Source: Chlorokybus atmophyticus (taxonomy: Eukaryota > Plantae > Mesostigma and Chlorokybus algae). Taken from it: a stretch of DNA of 64,000 nucleotides. Position numbers and translations under genes: made by a program. The notes under the pieces are model-generated. The model saw only the letters and a list, made by a program, of their open reading frames with translations, was not told the DNA's origin and made no database searches. The stretch is from contig RHPI01003389.1 of assembly GCA_009103225.1 (NCBI GenBank), positions 911,162 to 975,161 of the forward strand, given 5' to 3'. Positions 14,424 to 28,672 of this stretch are shown in pieces. The first letter of the stretch is position 1. The number at the start of each line of letters is the position of its first letter.

Positions 14424-15494
14424 TCAGCCGATGACAAGTGTGGTCTTGCCTCCAATAGGCTGGCGGCCAGTAGGTTGATTAGCAAAGCGTGGGCTCGAGG
14501 CGGTTGCGCGCTCGCACTCGGCCGCAGTTGTGCCTTTGACACGTCGCCCGCTCGCGGGTCTGTTGTTGATGTTGGAGTTGTTGTCGTTGTTGTTGTTGTC
14601 GCTGCCGAAGATGGAGCCGTGGCCGCTCAGGTCGCGAACCTTCTGCGGCGAGATGGGCTTGTTGTGGCTGTTGTTGTTGGCGGTCGCGGCGTCCTGAGGA
14701 TACGTGCTGGAGAAGGGAGAGTGGCCGGCAACCTCCTTCATCTTAGCCGCAGACACCCTGTTGACCAACACACTATTACTCACATGTACACACGCACCGA
14801 CACCGACACTTAGACGGATAGCTACACATCCACCCATGAGCATGCGTGCACACACGCGCAAACGCACCCGATAACACAAACCCACACCTCTATGTAGACA
14901 CGCACACAACAGTACCTGACTCTCGCTGCCTCTATTACCAACTCATCACTCCTTATTCATGTGCACACAGTCCCCAGGCACCAAGTCCCCAAATACTCAT
15001 CACAGGTGAGCATTCGACCAAGTAACATTCATTCCATCCACTTACGGTCTGTGGGCGTTGTTCTTCGCCTCCTCCTGTCCGTTACTCCCCGCCAGCAGGA
15101 GTGATCGTCTCTCTTTGGGCGAGAGTGGGGCGGCTTCGGGCGTGTTCACAACAGGGTTGGGTGACGACCGCCGCGCTGACATCACGCGGGCGCGGGGACT
15201 GAAGTCGTCCGCGGCGTTGTAGGAACCCAGGGAGACGGTGGAGGTGCCGCCGGGAGCTTGGCGGACGCGAGGGGAAGACTGTGGGTATGTGGGAGTGAGG
15301 GGGTGTGTTGCAAGAGAGTTTCTGTGTGAGTGTGAGTGTGTGTGCAAGTGTGGGTTGACTGCTACTACTGATTCTAGTAGACTGTGGAGATCTAGCGAGG
15401 TGTGTTGTCGGGATGCAGCTGTTACCTCATTCTGGGAGTTGCGGGGGCTGTTGCTGCTGGTGTTGCTGTTGTCCCACCGCAGAGCGTCCTGCAT
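14424..15494 (-). CDS. DUF4057-like low-complexity protein (PGG-x-S/T-x-x-x-G repeats); true start may lie upstream
   Basis: Spliced in frame: RQAPGGTSTVSLG, AKMKEVAGHSPF, KVRDLSGHGSIFG, C-terminal RQPIGGKTTLVIG*. These resemble plant DUF4057 proteins ending PPGGKSSLVLG. Confidence 0.65.
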
Positions 15495-16227
15495 CTTGAA
15501 GATCGAAGTTGTTTGCCCGGTAGCTGTTGTTGTGTTGCTTAGAACAAGCAGAGGTCAACACTATTGCAACCCAAACAGCTCACGCCTCCCTCTTTGCTCG
15601 AGTCTCACAACCCCTTGAAGCCAGCAGCAAACACTGGCGCTTTACACTCTGAACTCTGCTGCACTCACACACTGGCTGGCTCTCACTGTCCCCCCTCCCC
15701 CCCTTATACACTTTGACATCACATAGGTTCAGGAAATCCTAATCAGATATCCATCATGCCCTGCATGCGTCCCATTGTCCGGTGGTAATGGGCTCTAAAG
15801 CCTTACTGTCTGGCGGTGGTCGGCTAGATTGAAGCCAATTTGCGACCGCCTGCGGTCGCATTCGGTATGGAGTCCGGTGGACTGACCGGGGCCGTGTGCC
15901 TCACGTGACCTGGTGGCGCGCGCTGCGGAGACGGGGCAGTCGCCGCGCGAGGGCATCGCGGGCATCGCCCCTCTCTCAGGTGTCGTGTATGGTCAGGAAA
16001 ACCGCCACGGGCAAAACTGTATATGTACGGGCTGGACCGTATCATGAGACTACAGCGACTAGAGTCCTGACTAGGGTTAGGACTACTACTCTCCCTCGAC
16101 AGGATTGGGTGGGATCAGGATTATGGGGCACTGCTTGTGCATGTTGAGCACAAAGCCTTGTGCCTGATTAGGGTTTTGCGGCGGCGACGTGGATGCCGGC
16201 GTGGCTGTTGTCGTTGTCGTCGTCGTC

Positions 16228-18287
16228 ATGGCGGCCGCCGCAGCTGCCTGCGTTGCGGCGTCGTCGCCGGTGACGGCCGCGTTGGTGAAGCCGGCTGCAG
16301 CGCGGCCGCAGCCGCGGTCGTCATCGTCGACAAGGCGGCAGGCGTTAAGGGCGGCTAGGGTGACGCCGGCCAGGGCGGAGGCCTCCAGGGGGACATCCGC
16401 CGGCGCTGTGCAGCAAGTTTGGGATGCCGCCTCTATTTCAGCAGTCATGGCGCCGCAGCGAGGGCAGGACACTTCCGACCCCATGGCGCTCCTCCTCAGC
16501 CAGCGCATTGTTTTCCTTGGAGGCCAGGTCCGTGCTAACCGCACAATATTCACCGCTTACGTAGAACTTGCCAGGTGGTGCGTGTAGGCGTGTTTGACAT
16601 TCGGCTAGTTATTTTAGTCGTTGTGAATTTGCATGGCGTGTATGTATGCAAGTTGCATGTCATTTGCTGCGTGACGCAGCGCACACGCAAATCACCGTAT
16701 GCATGCATGCCTGTCATCATTGATTGGGTACAAATCTAGCAGCGGCTGACGGGATGAAAACTTATCAACCGCAAGCGTCAAACATTTCGGTGTTACATAG
16801 TTGATGGATTCCCCTGATTGACGCTCAGGCTGCACAACTTTGGCAGCAGGCCAGTTTTGCGTTGCAGTCACTTGAGCGTAATGTGTGTGTTTGCCTTCAT
16901 CACAATTCTTAGCCAAACAGCATATACATGCACATGGCAGTTGGGGGTACCAAAGTGGCTACTGGCTAGCGGCCGTTACAGCAATTGAAAATCCTTTTAT
17001 GTGTCAGGTTGACGACTTCAGTGCGGATGCAGTTGTGAGCCAGATGCTGCTGCTAGATGCGCAAGATCCCACCAAGGACATCAGGTTATTCATCAATTCC
17101 CCCGGAGGATCGGTCACAGCCGGTATGTGCACAGTACTTGGTTGTTGGGCTTTTGTTGGCTACAGTGTACACGTGTTCACTGTCGGTAATGTTGCAGTGT
17201 ACATTTGTACAGTGTGTTCACTGTACATATGCTTTGCTGCAACTTATGCATACAGTAAAACGCATGCGTGTCCACTGTACGTTTGTCGTTCAGCTTGTCT
17301 ACATAACTTCTTCACTGACGGCGGTGTTTGATTGCAGGTATGGGCATCTATGATGCTATGCAGGTATGATTGGGAGAGGCAGTCGACACGTTATCAATGG
17401 AAATGCGCAAAGTGGTCATTTCTGATTCATTCGTTGTGTGCCATTTCAGCTTTGCCAGGCGGATGTTTCCACCGTGTGTTTCGGGCTCGCTGCTTCTATG
17501 GGTGCGTTCCTTTTGTGCGCCGGCGCTAAGGGGAAGCGCTACGCCATGCCCAATGCTCGCATCATGATCCATCAGCCCCTTGGTGGCATCTCTGGACAGG
17601 TGCGGGTGGCATCGCGTTGTTTTGCTTGCTGTTGGCTTGATGACACGCACATGCGCATGCATGGACACACGCACCTGCATGCTCGTGCTGTGTGCATGTG
17701 TGTGTGCTTGCGTGGTTGCAAGTCTCATGATGCTTGCGCATGCACTATCATTTTGTGTGCATGTATGTGGGCGTAAGCATCTGCACTCTCATGATCCTCA
17801 AGTTGTGGTTGGAAATTGAATGCACATGCATCTACGTCAGGCCGACGACATGGAGATCCAGGCTAAGGAGATCCTTTTCCACAAAGAGAACCTGCAGCAG
17901 ATTATGGCCTACCACAGTGGCCAGCCCGTTGAGCGGGTACGCAACAGAGCTTCTGTGTTATTTTATGAGTTGAATCGTGACCTCCTCCTGCTTGTTGTGT
18001 GCACTTGCATTTCGCCCAGTTGAGACATTAATGTTTGTTTGTGCGTGCAGATTGCTAAGGACACGGATCGCGATTTCTACATGAACCCAAAGGAGTGCAT
18101 CAAGTATGGCATGATCGACCACATCATCGGTAATGACAGCAAGGGTGTTGTCGCCCCTGATGGCACCACACAGAATGTCAAGTTTGATCCCTTTGAGCCC
18201 GAACCCACTGAGTACATGAAGAAGCGCATGGCTCGTTGGCCCTTTGAGATGCCAGACGATCTGGACATGACAAAGCCTGCCTCATAG
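16228..18287 (+). CDS. CLPP3: ATP-dependent Clp protease proteolytic subunit, plastid, ClpP3-like
   Basis: [34 protein letters not shown], catalytic Ser (AASMG), His (IHQP) and Asp (DTDRD). Ala/Ser/Arg-rich transit peptide. The paralogue assignment is by recalled similarity. Confidence 0.9.
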
Positions 18288-19208
18288 ACACTCTTATTCG
18301 CACTCGCTCGCTTACGCTCTCTTCATGAAGTGTCCACTCTCTCTCCACGCACACGCACACACTGCTTGGACGATGCGCTGACTCCCGCGGTGTGTGCTGT
18401 GTAGGCACGGCGGGAACAGAGTGATGACAATGGTTACGCCCACTCACTCTCTCTGAGGTGGAGTTTCATCATGTATCAAGTTACAATTATCCGCTGCTGC
18501 TTCTAGCTATTGACATGAGTTGACTTTGGAAAGGAGATTAAGACCTTGCTATGGAAACTTGTGTCAGCCACCATAGCTCTCTGGCAAGTACAGACAGCAA
18601 AATCACGCCACTGCTAGTATTGTGTCTTTGTGCAAAGGGTGGTGTGGTGAGGTGGCTGCATGCTTGGATGAGCGCTTTTACTGCTTCCTCACGGTTGACA
18701 CATCGCATCACCACTACCAGCAGGGTACTTTCACTTCATACTTACTGCACACCATGCCACAGCTTGTTCCCCCGGGAACCAGTTGCTTGAGCTGTGGGAC
18801 AGACATTGCAGGCCCGCTGAAGTCGAGCATTGGATATGAGCCGATAAGTACCATGGACCTTGTAATTGGCAACATGCAACTCTGTGTTACGTGTACAATA
18901 TTAGTCCAGATGTAAAATTTGTTTTGTGAACGAAAACAGGTGTTGCAACTGACAATACTGCTGGGATTGTACAATGTATTCAAGCAACTCGCTGGGCGTC
19001 ATGACCAAATCCATTCACGTATATATACAATCCTGGAACATAGACGGCTAATCCAACTTTCAAAGGAGTATCACAACTGACAGTATGTCGCCCCATAAAA
19101 TTGGCAACTGGTATGCACAACAACACACTACCAAGTTTAATTACGAAGGAACAAGGCTAGGATCGGAGGGTGCATTTACCATTTGCCAACCGTCCACACT
19201 CTAACACA

Positions 19209-22200
19209 TCATATCTTTGACATGTCACGCCCGAAGAAAAACGTCTTAAACCAATCCAGCGGCACCTGCACGACATCACCATGTTAGCCACACATGCGCG
19301 CGCGCACGCACACGCACTTGCACACAGTGTACCTGTATCCAGAGTCTCATTGACCCTTGCTTGGACCAGTACGCGCTTCTCCACAGCACCCACGAGCCGA
19401 ACCCCGACAGCTTTGCATCATCCCTGTGGTGTGGGGTCAAAATTACAATCACCACCACCATCATCAAGATCAACAACAACAGCAGCAGCAACAACAGCAA
19501 CAACAACAACAGTAATACTCACTTCAACTCGGCGAGGGCGGCGTACTCCCCAATGTACGCCATCATGCCTCGGTGCACGTAAACAAAAGCAGGGGGCTTT
19601 GTTTGTTTCTCATTCACTGCATCATCACTCATGGCTTCCAACTCTGGCAGGTGCTTCGCTAAGTAGCTCGCCTGCGCCTCTGCCACCTGAAGGATGCGTT
19701 ATTGTGATGGACTTGTGTGTGCTTGTGTCATGTGGATGTGTGTGTAGTGCAGTCCCATGTCCTTGCCTGTGCGGTGGCAGGCATGGACGTCCCGTCGATA
19801 TCGGCGCAGTCCCCGAGGGCGTATACGTGGTCTTGTCCCACCGCGCGCAAGTACTCGTCCACCTAGATGTATCATAACATGCAACGTGTGAACACATCTA
19901 CAAGCACACGCACACGCACACACACATACACGCACATGCACACGCACGTGCACTGTCACCTTGATCCTGCCGCCTTTTGTCTTTTCCCACTGTAGGCTCT
20001 TGATAAGTGGCACAGGCGTGACGCCAGCCGTCCACACTGTGTGTATGTCAGTCCATGTTGAAATTGTGGTACAGCTATAACATGCAAACACCATTTGTAC
20101 AAATGCGCATCATCTCTCACCGCATAACCCGCACGGCACCTCGCTCCCGTCACTCAGCACCACAGCGTGCTTCCTAACCTATGTGGGTATACATAAAACG
20201 ATTGAGTAAGTAAGCCTTGTGTGCGTGTGGGTGGGTGTGCGCGCGCATGTGTGCAATTGAGTGGGTGACAGGGTGGGTGGATGAGATATACACACCTCTA
20301 TGACGGAAAGCTGTTTGATGTCCATGTAGGGCCGGTCCGCTAACTTGCGCAGAGCAAATTGCCTCAGCGACACGTCAAATGCACCTGCCAACAACCCAAC
20401 AAGGTGCATGAGAGACACATGCACAAAGTTACGCACACACGCACAAGCACACACGCACACACACACACGCCCGCGCGCGCGCGCGCAGGCATGCATACTC
20501 ACTCACCGAGCACTTCCCTCGCTTCAACAAGCGTCACGCGCACATGCTTCGACAACGACGGGAAGTACCTCACCGCATCCTGACGAGTAACACTGAGTCA
20601 GTCAATGAACAAGCCACAGCGAGCGGGTTTGGGTGAAACCAACACCCAACATGAGAATGTGTGCACCTGTCGGAGGAAGTCGTGAAGCTCCCCACAGAAC
20701 TCCACGCCTGTGGGACCACCGCCAACCACGACAAAATGCCTGCCATTTGCGGGCACGTGCGTGTGGGTGAGTGCGCACGCACGCACGCCCATGCATTTGC
20801 GTGTGTGTATATGAGAATGCGTGCTTATGTATGCGTGTCTGCATGCGTGCGTGTGCATGTATGTGCATACGCATGCACATGCCTGTGTGTGCGCGCAGGT
20901 GTAACGGCCTTGGTCACAAAGAGCGTCTATGTGTGCTTGTGCGCAACTAAAATTGCGCGCAGACGTGTAAGTAAGACCCACACCAAGTGTCACACCTCAA
21001 TGACTGACACTCACATTCACACTCACAGCAGTTCGCTGCGCTTAGTCTCATCGACCGTCTCCTGCACGGCCGTCTCAAAGTTATCGATGATCCTCCTCCT
21101 CACCGCCTGCACACACAACATTACAATTACCCACCCACCACCACCACCACCACAACTACAACATCCTCCCACATCATCCCTCACCCTCGCGTCCGCCACT
21201 TGCTTGAGGAACATCGCGTACTCCTCGGCTCCCTTCACGCCGTACGTGGCGACCCGCGCCCCGACGGCCACGGCGAGGGCGTCGTATGGCACCGCAAACA
21301 CGCTGCCTGCAACCTCGTCCTCGTCCGTTGCCGACACACACCGAAGCTCCCTTTTCTGGGTGTCTATACCTGCACGTGCACGTGCGTGTGCGTGTGCATG
21401 CAAAATCACGCACGCACGTGTGTGAGTGCACATGCGCCTGTGCGTATGCGTGTAAGCATGTGCGCAGCTCAGATGTTGAGTCATGCACGCGTGCGAAGAG
21501 TTTCCGCAGGTAATACCCACCCGTGACTTGCGCGAGGTTGAAGTCGTGCTCGTCGCGGAAGCCCGTAGCTCGCACCGCCTGCACCACGCTCCGGAACTCC
21601 AAAGTCCCAACCGCAGTACTGCACACCATTGTCAACAACACTCACATCACCACCACTCACCCACCCACCCACCCACCCCTCCCCTCACCTTGCCAGCAGT
21701 GGCGTGAACAGGAAGTGGTTCCTTGGGCTGACCACCCGCACGTCGAAGAGTCGCCTGTCCACCTTGCGGAGGAGACCCATGCCGGCCCAACCGGTACCCA
21801 GAATCACGAGACGCCTGATTGAATGAATGAATCAGTGAGTGAAGGAGTGAGTGAATTGGGATTTCACTGCGCTCACTTGCGAGGTGTGTTTTTCAAGTCT
21901 GCTGTTGATGAGGAGGATGTCAAGGGTGATACCGTCGCTTTGAGTTTGTCTGCCAGGGCGCGCAAACCACGACGCAAGCCACCGCCGCCTGAGATGTATT
22001 TAAAGGCACTATTCGTGTGGACACCGGAGGCATTGCGTGTGTTGTCAACATGGAAAAAGGGAAGGGAAGGGTTCAACACACCATTCACCCTGTTGATCGC
22101 TAAAACACTTCAACAGCTTCTGAATGGTTTGTGTGCATGCACGCATGCATGGTGTGCAACTGCTTTTCCTTTTGTTGGTTGATCACGCTGAAAAGAAGGT

Positions 22201-22429
22201 GCACCTCTACGTGCTAACCTGACTGTACAGCACCACACGCAATCAGATGATTAGGTTGCTTTGCATGGACATGTTGGCTTCAACATTATACGATGCATGG
22301 ACAACACACAAAGCTGCGTGCCATGCAAAACCAATCAACATAAAGGGGTGGTGGCTATTGGTGTAGTAAAACACGTACCAGCCATAACTGCCGCTGCTGC
22401 GACTTCAGGGCTTACGCTTGAATCTGCAT
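19209..22429 (-). CDS. NDA: Type II (alternative) NAD(P)H:quinone oxidoreductase, NDA-type; multi-exon
   Basis: [75 protein letters not shown]; ends GRDMSKI*. No EF-hand insertion seen. 14-nt first exon MQIQA is inferred. Confidence 0.92.
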
Positions 22430-22754
22430 GATTATATCTGAGGTATTTATTCTCGCTACAGCAAGGCAAAACTGTACAACTTGTTGTGTCACACAACAAC
22501 GCAACTCATCAGGCCACAAGCTCACCAGCGCATGTTGGTCTCTAATTCTTTGTTGACACACATGCACAGTGCATCGGTATACGTGTACTGCAGGGTACGA
22601 CGCTTCAATGCCGTGGTACCGTACCGTTGTGTATAGCAGATTACGTAACGCCGACAATACCACCGCGTAACGCAGATACGGACCAGACCGGACCAGAACA
22701 GAACAGGTCAGGCCAAGCTAGGCCAAGGAGGACAGAGATTGCCAGCCGCCATCC

Positions 22755-24037
22755 ATGCAGCGGCGACTGTGGCGGCAGTTGCTGCAGACGACAACGACGA
22801 AGACGACGACGAAGACGACCACAACGCCGTTTTCCTCCTCTACCACCACCGCCGCCGCCAGACCTGCAGGTGCATCCTGCCTCCCCCCTGGGCTGGCCTG
22901 GCCTGGTGTTACCACCATGCATGCTGACTGTGTGATGTTGTTAGAGGTGACAAAGGGCGTCAGGAAAGACATAGACTACAACAACTTCTCTGAGGTGGTT
23001 GAGGTGCTGTTCACGCAGAGGGACGCCAAGCCAAAAGGGTGAGAGTGGTCAACGTGTACATGTGGGTAGTGTGCGAAGGTCGTTTGTGTCTGTTTTGAAC
23101 AAGGTGGCTCATGCAAGTGCAGGTGGGTGTGGTATAGCTGGCAGCTGTTCACGGCGCTACTGCCACCAGCAGGCAAGAGAGATGCGTTGTTGTGTTGGTT
23201 GTTGTTGTCACTGTTGTTGTTGCTGCTATTGTTGTTACACAAGCGTGCACACATGCGAAATGACGTGGATTGTGGGTGGATGTATCTGTTGCATTGTTGC
23301 AGATGCCAACCAGTTCTCGTGTATTGGTCATGCAAGTATTGGTTTGGAGTTGCATGGCACGTGCATCTCTCAGGTGAATGTACTGTATTGTACTGTCATG
23401 CACTGAACAGCAGACAGTGATCATACTACTGTGCAAGAACATTGACAGGTCTTGTGTGCATGTCTGCAGGGGTGTTTCTGCTGGTGGGTTTGGCCAAATG
23501 GGACCAGCGGCGCATGAAAGAGGTGTGATCACCTGTTATCACTTCATTGACAGTTACCCACCCAACTGACTTGTGAACAGTCTCATCACCATTGAGTACC
23601 CAAATGTGTGTGCTCGCACATGGACGCACGGACACGCTTACGCTCACGCTCACGCTTAGGCACGCGTGCACATATACAAGTACACATATCCCTCCCTCCC
23701 CATCACCTCACATTGTCAAACACACATATCTGGGCAGAAATACGGCGAGGATGCGGTGTCGTCCCGCATGCAATCACTAACAAGCCCACCTCCGCCTCCA
23801 CCTGAGCCCGCTCCTGCTGCCACTCCCAATCCCACTCCTACCTCCACTCCTGCTCCTGTTGCTACTTCGCCTCCCGCTGCTCCTACTTCTGCTCATGAGC
23901 GACCAACTGATGGTTTAGCCAAGGAGTTGGAGGACAGGGTGAGGGCGCTGGAGGGGCAGGTTGGGAGTCTGAGGGAGAGGGAGAGGGAGAAAGAGAGGGG
24001 GAGAAAGAGAGGAGAAGGAGAGGGGAGGAGGGAGTAG
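22755..24037 (+). CDS. Uncharacterised single-pass membrane protein with Pro-rich linker and C-terminal coiled coil; N-terminus resembles a mitochondrial presequence
   Basis: Five exons join in frame: MQRRLWRQLL...|EVTKGVRKDIDY...|GWVWYSWQLFTALLPPA|GVFLLVGLAKWDQRRMKE|KYGED...ELEDRVRALEGQV. One junction needs a GC donor at 23173. Confidence 0.7.
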
Positions 24038-24782
24038 TAGTCAGGGGAGTGCTACTGCTGCTGTTGGTGGTGGTTTGAAGACGTGTTGCCTCTGGGAACG
24101 CTGTGCGTGATAGCTTAGAAACATAGAAATGTGCTGTTGTCGAGGTTTGCACAGTGTGTGAAGTTTGCGCGTGGCTACCAAGAGGCTATCCCTTGGGGTG
24201 AGCGTGTTGCTCATGCAGGAAAGCAGTATCGTGGACTGTTGGCACACATGGTGCCCACTTTGTGCACCAGATGTCGTGAATAGGGCTTGTCGAGTAAACT
24301 GTGTGCACCGTGATGGCCCTGAGTCAAGAGCCATGTCTCTCAGGGACGGAGTATGGAAAGTTGCAAACATAGTTGATGCAAGTACGATGCACTGTGAGTG
24401 CCCTATGCACATGCAATAACTTACGGAAAGCAAAATGAGTCCTAAATGGCTGGCCAACTCCTACGACCTGCTAACACGTAGATCTGCATGCACAGCCGAA
24501 ATTGCAAGCTGTCACATCAACATACAGACCACCTGCACTGAGCAATGTCCTGCGCAAACATCACATTCTACCCATATTTTCGCCACGAACACAATCCATA
24601 ACCTGTGGTGCGAACTCACGCAGAGCAACCTTACTATGGCCAAGTTTATACAACGGCAGCAAAGCTACAACAGATCTCCCTTCAACTGCATCATGTGGAC
24701 ATCAAGCTACAGAGTCACGCAAGTTGATGTCAATTTATGAACACATTGTACAAGCAATACATAACAACACCATCTTGCCAGC

Positions 24783-27700
24783 CTACCGACCAAACCAACC
24801 ACGCCTTGCATTGGTGTCTCCTGCAGCTTCCCCATTCATGAGACGGTCCAGCACGATGTTCAAGTCAACTGACTGGCCATTCTCCGTCAGCTTGCGCACG
24901 ACAGCACGGACCTGATCTTTAGAGAAGCCCATCGCCGCAACATCATCGATGACCTGTCCACAGGCAGCTGTTGTGGAAAACGCACACGCACATGTGCACG
25001 CAACAACAACACTTACAACACCACCGTCGCAACTGTCATCACGTGACCATAAAACATAAAGCAGTGTGGCGATGATGCAGGCAGTGTGCAAATACCAAAC
25101 ACCATCCTGCAACCTGTACCTTGTCAACGGGCACGCGGCTTGTGGACAGCTGTGTTGGCCCACCAGACAACGGGGCGCTCTGCGCGGGGGCCGGCGTGGC
25201 AACCTGGTGGGCATGCAGGGGCGGGGCCGGCATCGCCTGCCGCAGCGGGAACGCCGTGGGGATTGCTTGCTGCGGCGGTGGCGGCGCGGGCGGGGCCACC
25301 GGCGCGTACTGGAACGACGGGCCTTGGCCGTACTGCGAGCCTGGCGCCGGGCCGGGAGGACCCATCTGCGGCGCCATGTGGGGTGCGTTGGAGTCGTACA
25401 TCTGCGGCGCCTGTCAGATCGAGCAAGGTTGAAAACGATATTCACACATACACATAACAACCAAAGAAACTACACGTCACCCATCGTTGCGGTTATTTTT
25501 TGTGCTATGCAGTCATAATTTCACAACAACACGGCAACAGTCACAATGACCATACACGATCATAGCAACAACGCGACAAAGCAGACAACCAATACCCCTG
25601 TGGTGACCAGACCCCATCTGTGCGCTTACCTGTGGTGGTGGCACATTGTACTGAGGCGGCCCCGCATGCGGATGTCCAGCAGGCGGGCCATAATGAGACT
25701 GCACAAACCATTATTAGCACGCGAGCAGATCACACGGACGGCCGCATCCCAAGGCACCATGCAAACAAGTGTGGTCATGTGCCTTGTGCTGGTTCAAGTG
25801 TTCAGGAACACTACATGCGACGTAGCATGGGCAGGTACTTGTATGCTTACCTGTGGAGGGGTTGGTGGAGGTGGCTGCATTTGCGGGGGCGGCCCCTGAT
25901 AGTGCTGCTCCTGCATAGGATGCTGCATGTGGCTGGGTGCCTGATAATGTGTGTCCTGCAACAAAACAGGACATTAATACCAAACTCCCTGGCCACATGA
26001 AACTCAAAGGTTGCGATAGCATGCAAACAGCTCTACTTCACACCAAATGGCCTCTAATGTCATCTGCAACATGCACACAATACACATCGCACACATAGTA
26101 CTAACAACACCAATCCACCAAGACTCGGGGAGGCAGTTGGGGAGGCAAGCAATGACGTACCTGTCGAGGAGGGCCGTAAGGCAACTGCGGCTGCTGCTGC
26201 TGCTGCTGTGGTGGCGGCAGCGCAAGTGGCTGCTGCTGCGGAGGAGGCGGCGTGGGAGGAGGCACCTGCGAAGGTTGCTGCTGCTGCTGCTGTTGCGGAG
26301 GAAGGGAGTAGCTGGACTGCTGAGTGGGCTGCACACCAAAACCAAGTAATTAGAGTTGGCCTTTATCAATCACCTGGCAAACTCATTGCAGGTCGCACAC
26401 CTCCAGTGGTGTTGGCTCCCGCTGAGCAGGCGGAGCTGGCGGTGGTGGAGCCTGCGGAGCCTGTGGAGTCTCTGGCCTAGGAATTACGCTCAGTGACGAC
26501 GCCTTTGCAAGCTCCGCCTGCGTCTCCGCCAGCTCCTGTTTGTCGCGAAGCAACTGCACGCCGCGCTGCACCTGCTCAGAGAGACAACGCTCAAAATACA
26601 AAACATGTTCACACATGTATGGCATGTACGGTATAACATGCTGTACACTTGGTGTAGCGGCTGATATGATGTTGCAATCATGATTATGGAAATGTTGGTG
26701 ATGACATTGATGGTGATTAGCACCTCGCGCAGGGTGTTTTCCAGTACTCGCAGGCGCGCATCTTTCTCATTGAAGGCCTCTTCCATAGTAGTGCACAGCA
26801 CTTTAACCGACTCTGTAATGTGCTCATTGCTCTTCTCAAGTCGGTCCATGCGCGCGTGCACCTCGGTCATCGCGGCAAGCACTTGCTCCGTGTACTTCTT
26901 CATGGTCAGCTCCACAGCAACCTGCTTGCATGCATGTCAAGTTGGAAGCGAAGTTGCATGTAAAAATTCAACCAAGGCACAGCGTGCACATTTGCATACC
27001 AGCAGCAGGTTCGCACAGCTGTTCACACACACTACAGAGAAGTACATGTCATTACCTGTGTAGCACGGTCATAATCTCCACGCTCGTCTCTGCTCTGAGC
27101 ATCGCGTGTTGGCCGCTGTGCATGGCATTGAGAAATGAGTGCGCTCTCCTGGATGTTAATTGAAGGCTGATGAACTCGCACAGGATCCAACACAACTCGC
27201 AGGCGTAAATATCTACATATGCACGACTCATACCCCTGCGTGCGTAACATTCCAGAAACTCCAGCAAATTGACTGTGACTGATGACCACACATGTTACAA
27301 TGTAGCCATGCACTCTGAGGTTGAATGCAGCCAATTGTGTACAACGAGACCGACAACACACTGTCAACATCACTTACACAACTGACTGTGCAATGAGTGT
27401 GCCCAATGCTCCGTTACATGTAATCAGTCCCAAAGCAACCAACAGTCGCTGGTCACGGTGGCAACAGCTTGTTGGGACGTGCACGAGCCTAAGCCACACA
27501 CCAGGTCGATCAACAACCTTCCTGCCGAAGAAAAGGCAATTTGGGACTGATGTGTTGTCATCCTCACCATCGTCTCTGCTGCTTGAGCGGGCTCGTTGTT
27601 GTGATGGCTGCTGAGGTCCTTCTCCTTGCCGTTGTCGCCGGGGAAGCTTGCCCGCCTCGGCGCCGGCGGGATGAAATCGTAGCTGGGAGCTATGACGGCG

Positions 27701-27837
27701 TCCTCGGCGAGCGGCGCAGGGGCAGTACTGCCGCCCACACCGACGACACCCAGACCGACACCACCGCCTCCCGCCAACGACGCCTTGCCTGCTGCGGGAG
27801 GCTTCAGCAGGTCGTAGAACGGCTCCTGCGCCGACAT
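24783..27837 (-). CDS. FLOE: FLOE-family (DUF1421) prion-like protein
   Basis: N-terminal FYDLL and SYDF motifs; coiled coil (MKKYTEQVL...RLRVLENTLREVQRGVQLLRDKQELAETQAELAK); long Q/P/Y-rich region; DUF1421 C-terminus IDDVAAMGFSKDQVRAVVRKLTENGQSVDLNIVLDRLMNG. Confidence 0.88.
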
Positions 27838-28672
27838 GGCCAGGCAAGGCGCTCTTCCGCACACAGGGAGATAGCTGGCAATTCTCTTTCCCTTACGCCC
27901 AACACGCCGCCGCCGATGACAACCACGACGATGTCAACAACAACCTCGCCAGCAAGCTTGCTGAGACACAACTGCTGCTAATTGGCACGTTGGTAGGTTA
28001 GCCTAACCGCGTGGATGTGCCGCAACAAGCCCGTTAGTCTACCCGCCGCATTTGGGTTCAAATGTTTAAACTAGCAAAGCAGGCTGTGCTTGCTTGCTTG
28101 CTGCGGTAGCGGTGGTGGCGGCGGCGTAAGCGGTGTAGTATACCCGGGTGGATCCGGGTGGCTGTATGTTTCGGTTGCGTGTGTAGGCCTACGTGTGCGT
28201 GTCGTGAGCAACGGAGCAAGGCGAGTGGCAGTGTTACAGTACGCTGACGTCAGTTACTTCTCAACGCTGTGATATCAATCTGTTACAACTGGCACAAGTA
28301 CATGTTGTTTCTTCTTTACTCTGTGATGCCTTCTCGTCTGGTCAATGTGGAAAAGGTATCACATGTAACTGAGCTGCAGCTACATGCAGACTGAAGCCTG
28401 AACTCAGTGGCGCACTCTGCTGCACTTTGCCATTGCACTGGCTAAGAGCATACCACTGTGAGCGCTCGCTACCATTGGGCAACACTTGGTGCCTCGGAGG
28501 CATACGCGAGCTGTTTGACTGTTCGAGTAACCGGTCAAAGCAGTATCAGGTAATAGCATGCGTGTAATCAATTCAGCCGCAGTTTGCTCCCTGTGCTGAA
28601 AGCATACACATGAAAGGGAGCTTTTGTAACCGCGCGCTCGCTTCTGTAGAGACAATTTAGCTGTGGACCACA

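Noticed and set aside
28244-28253. CTGACGTCAG C-box/CRE palindrome upstream of RAD54B (also at 38931)
   Set aside because: Short motif with no supporting evidence of function.
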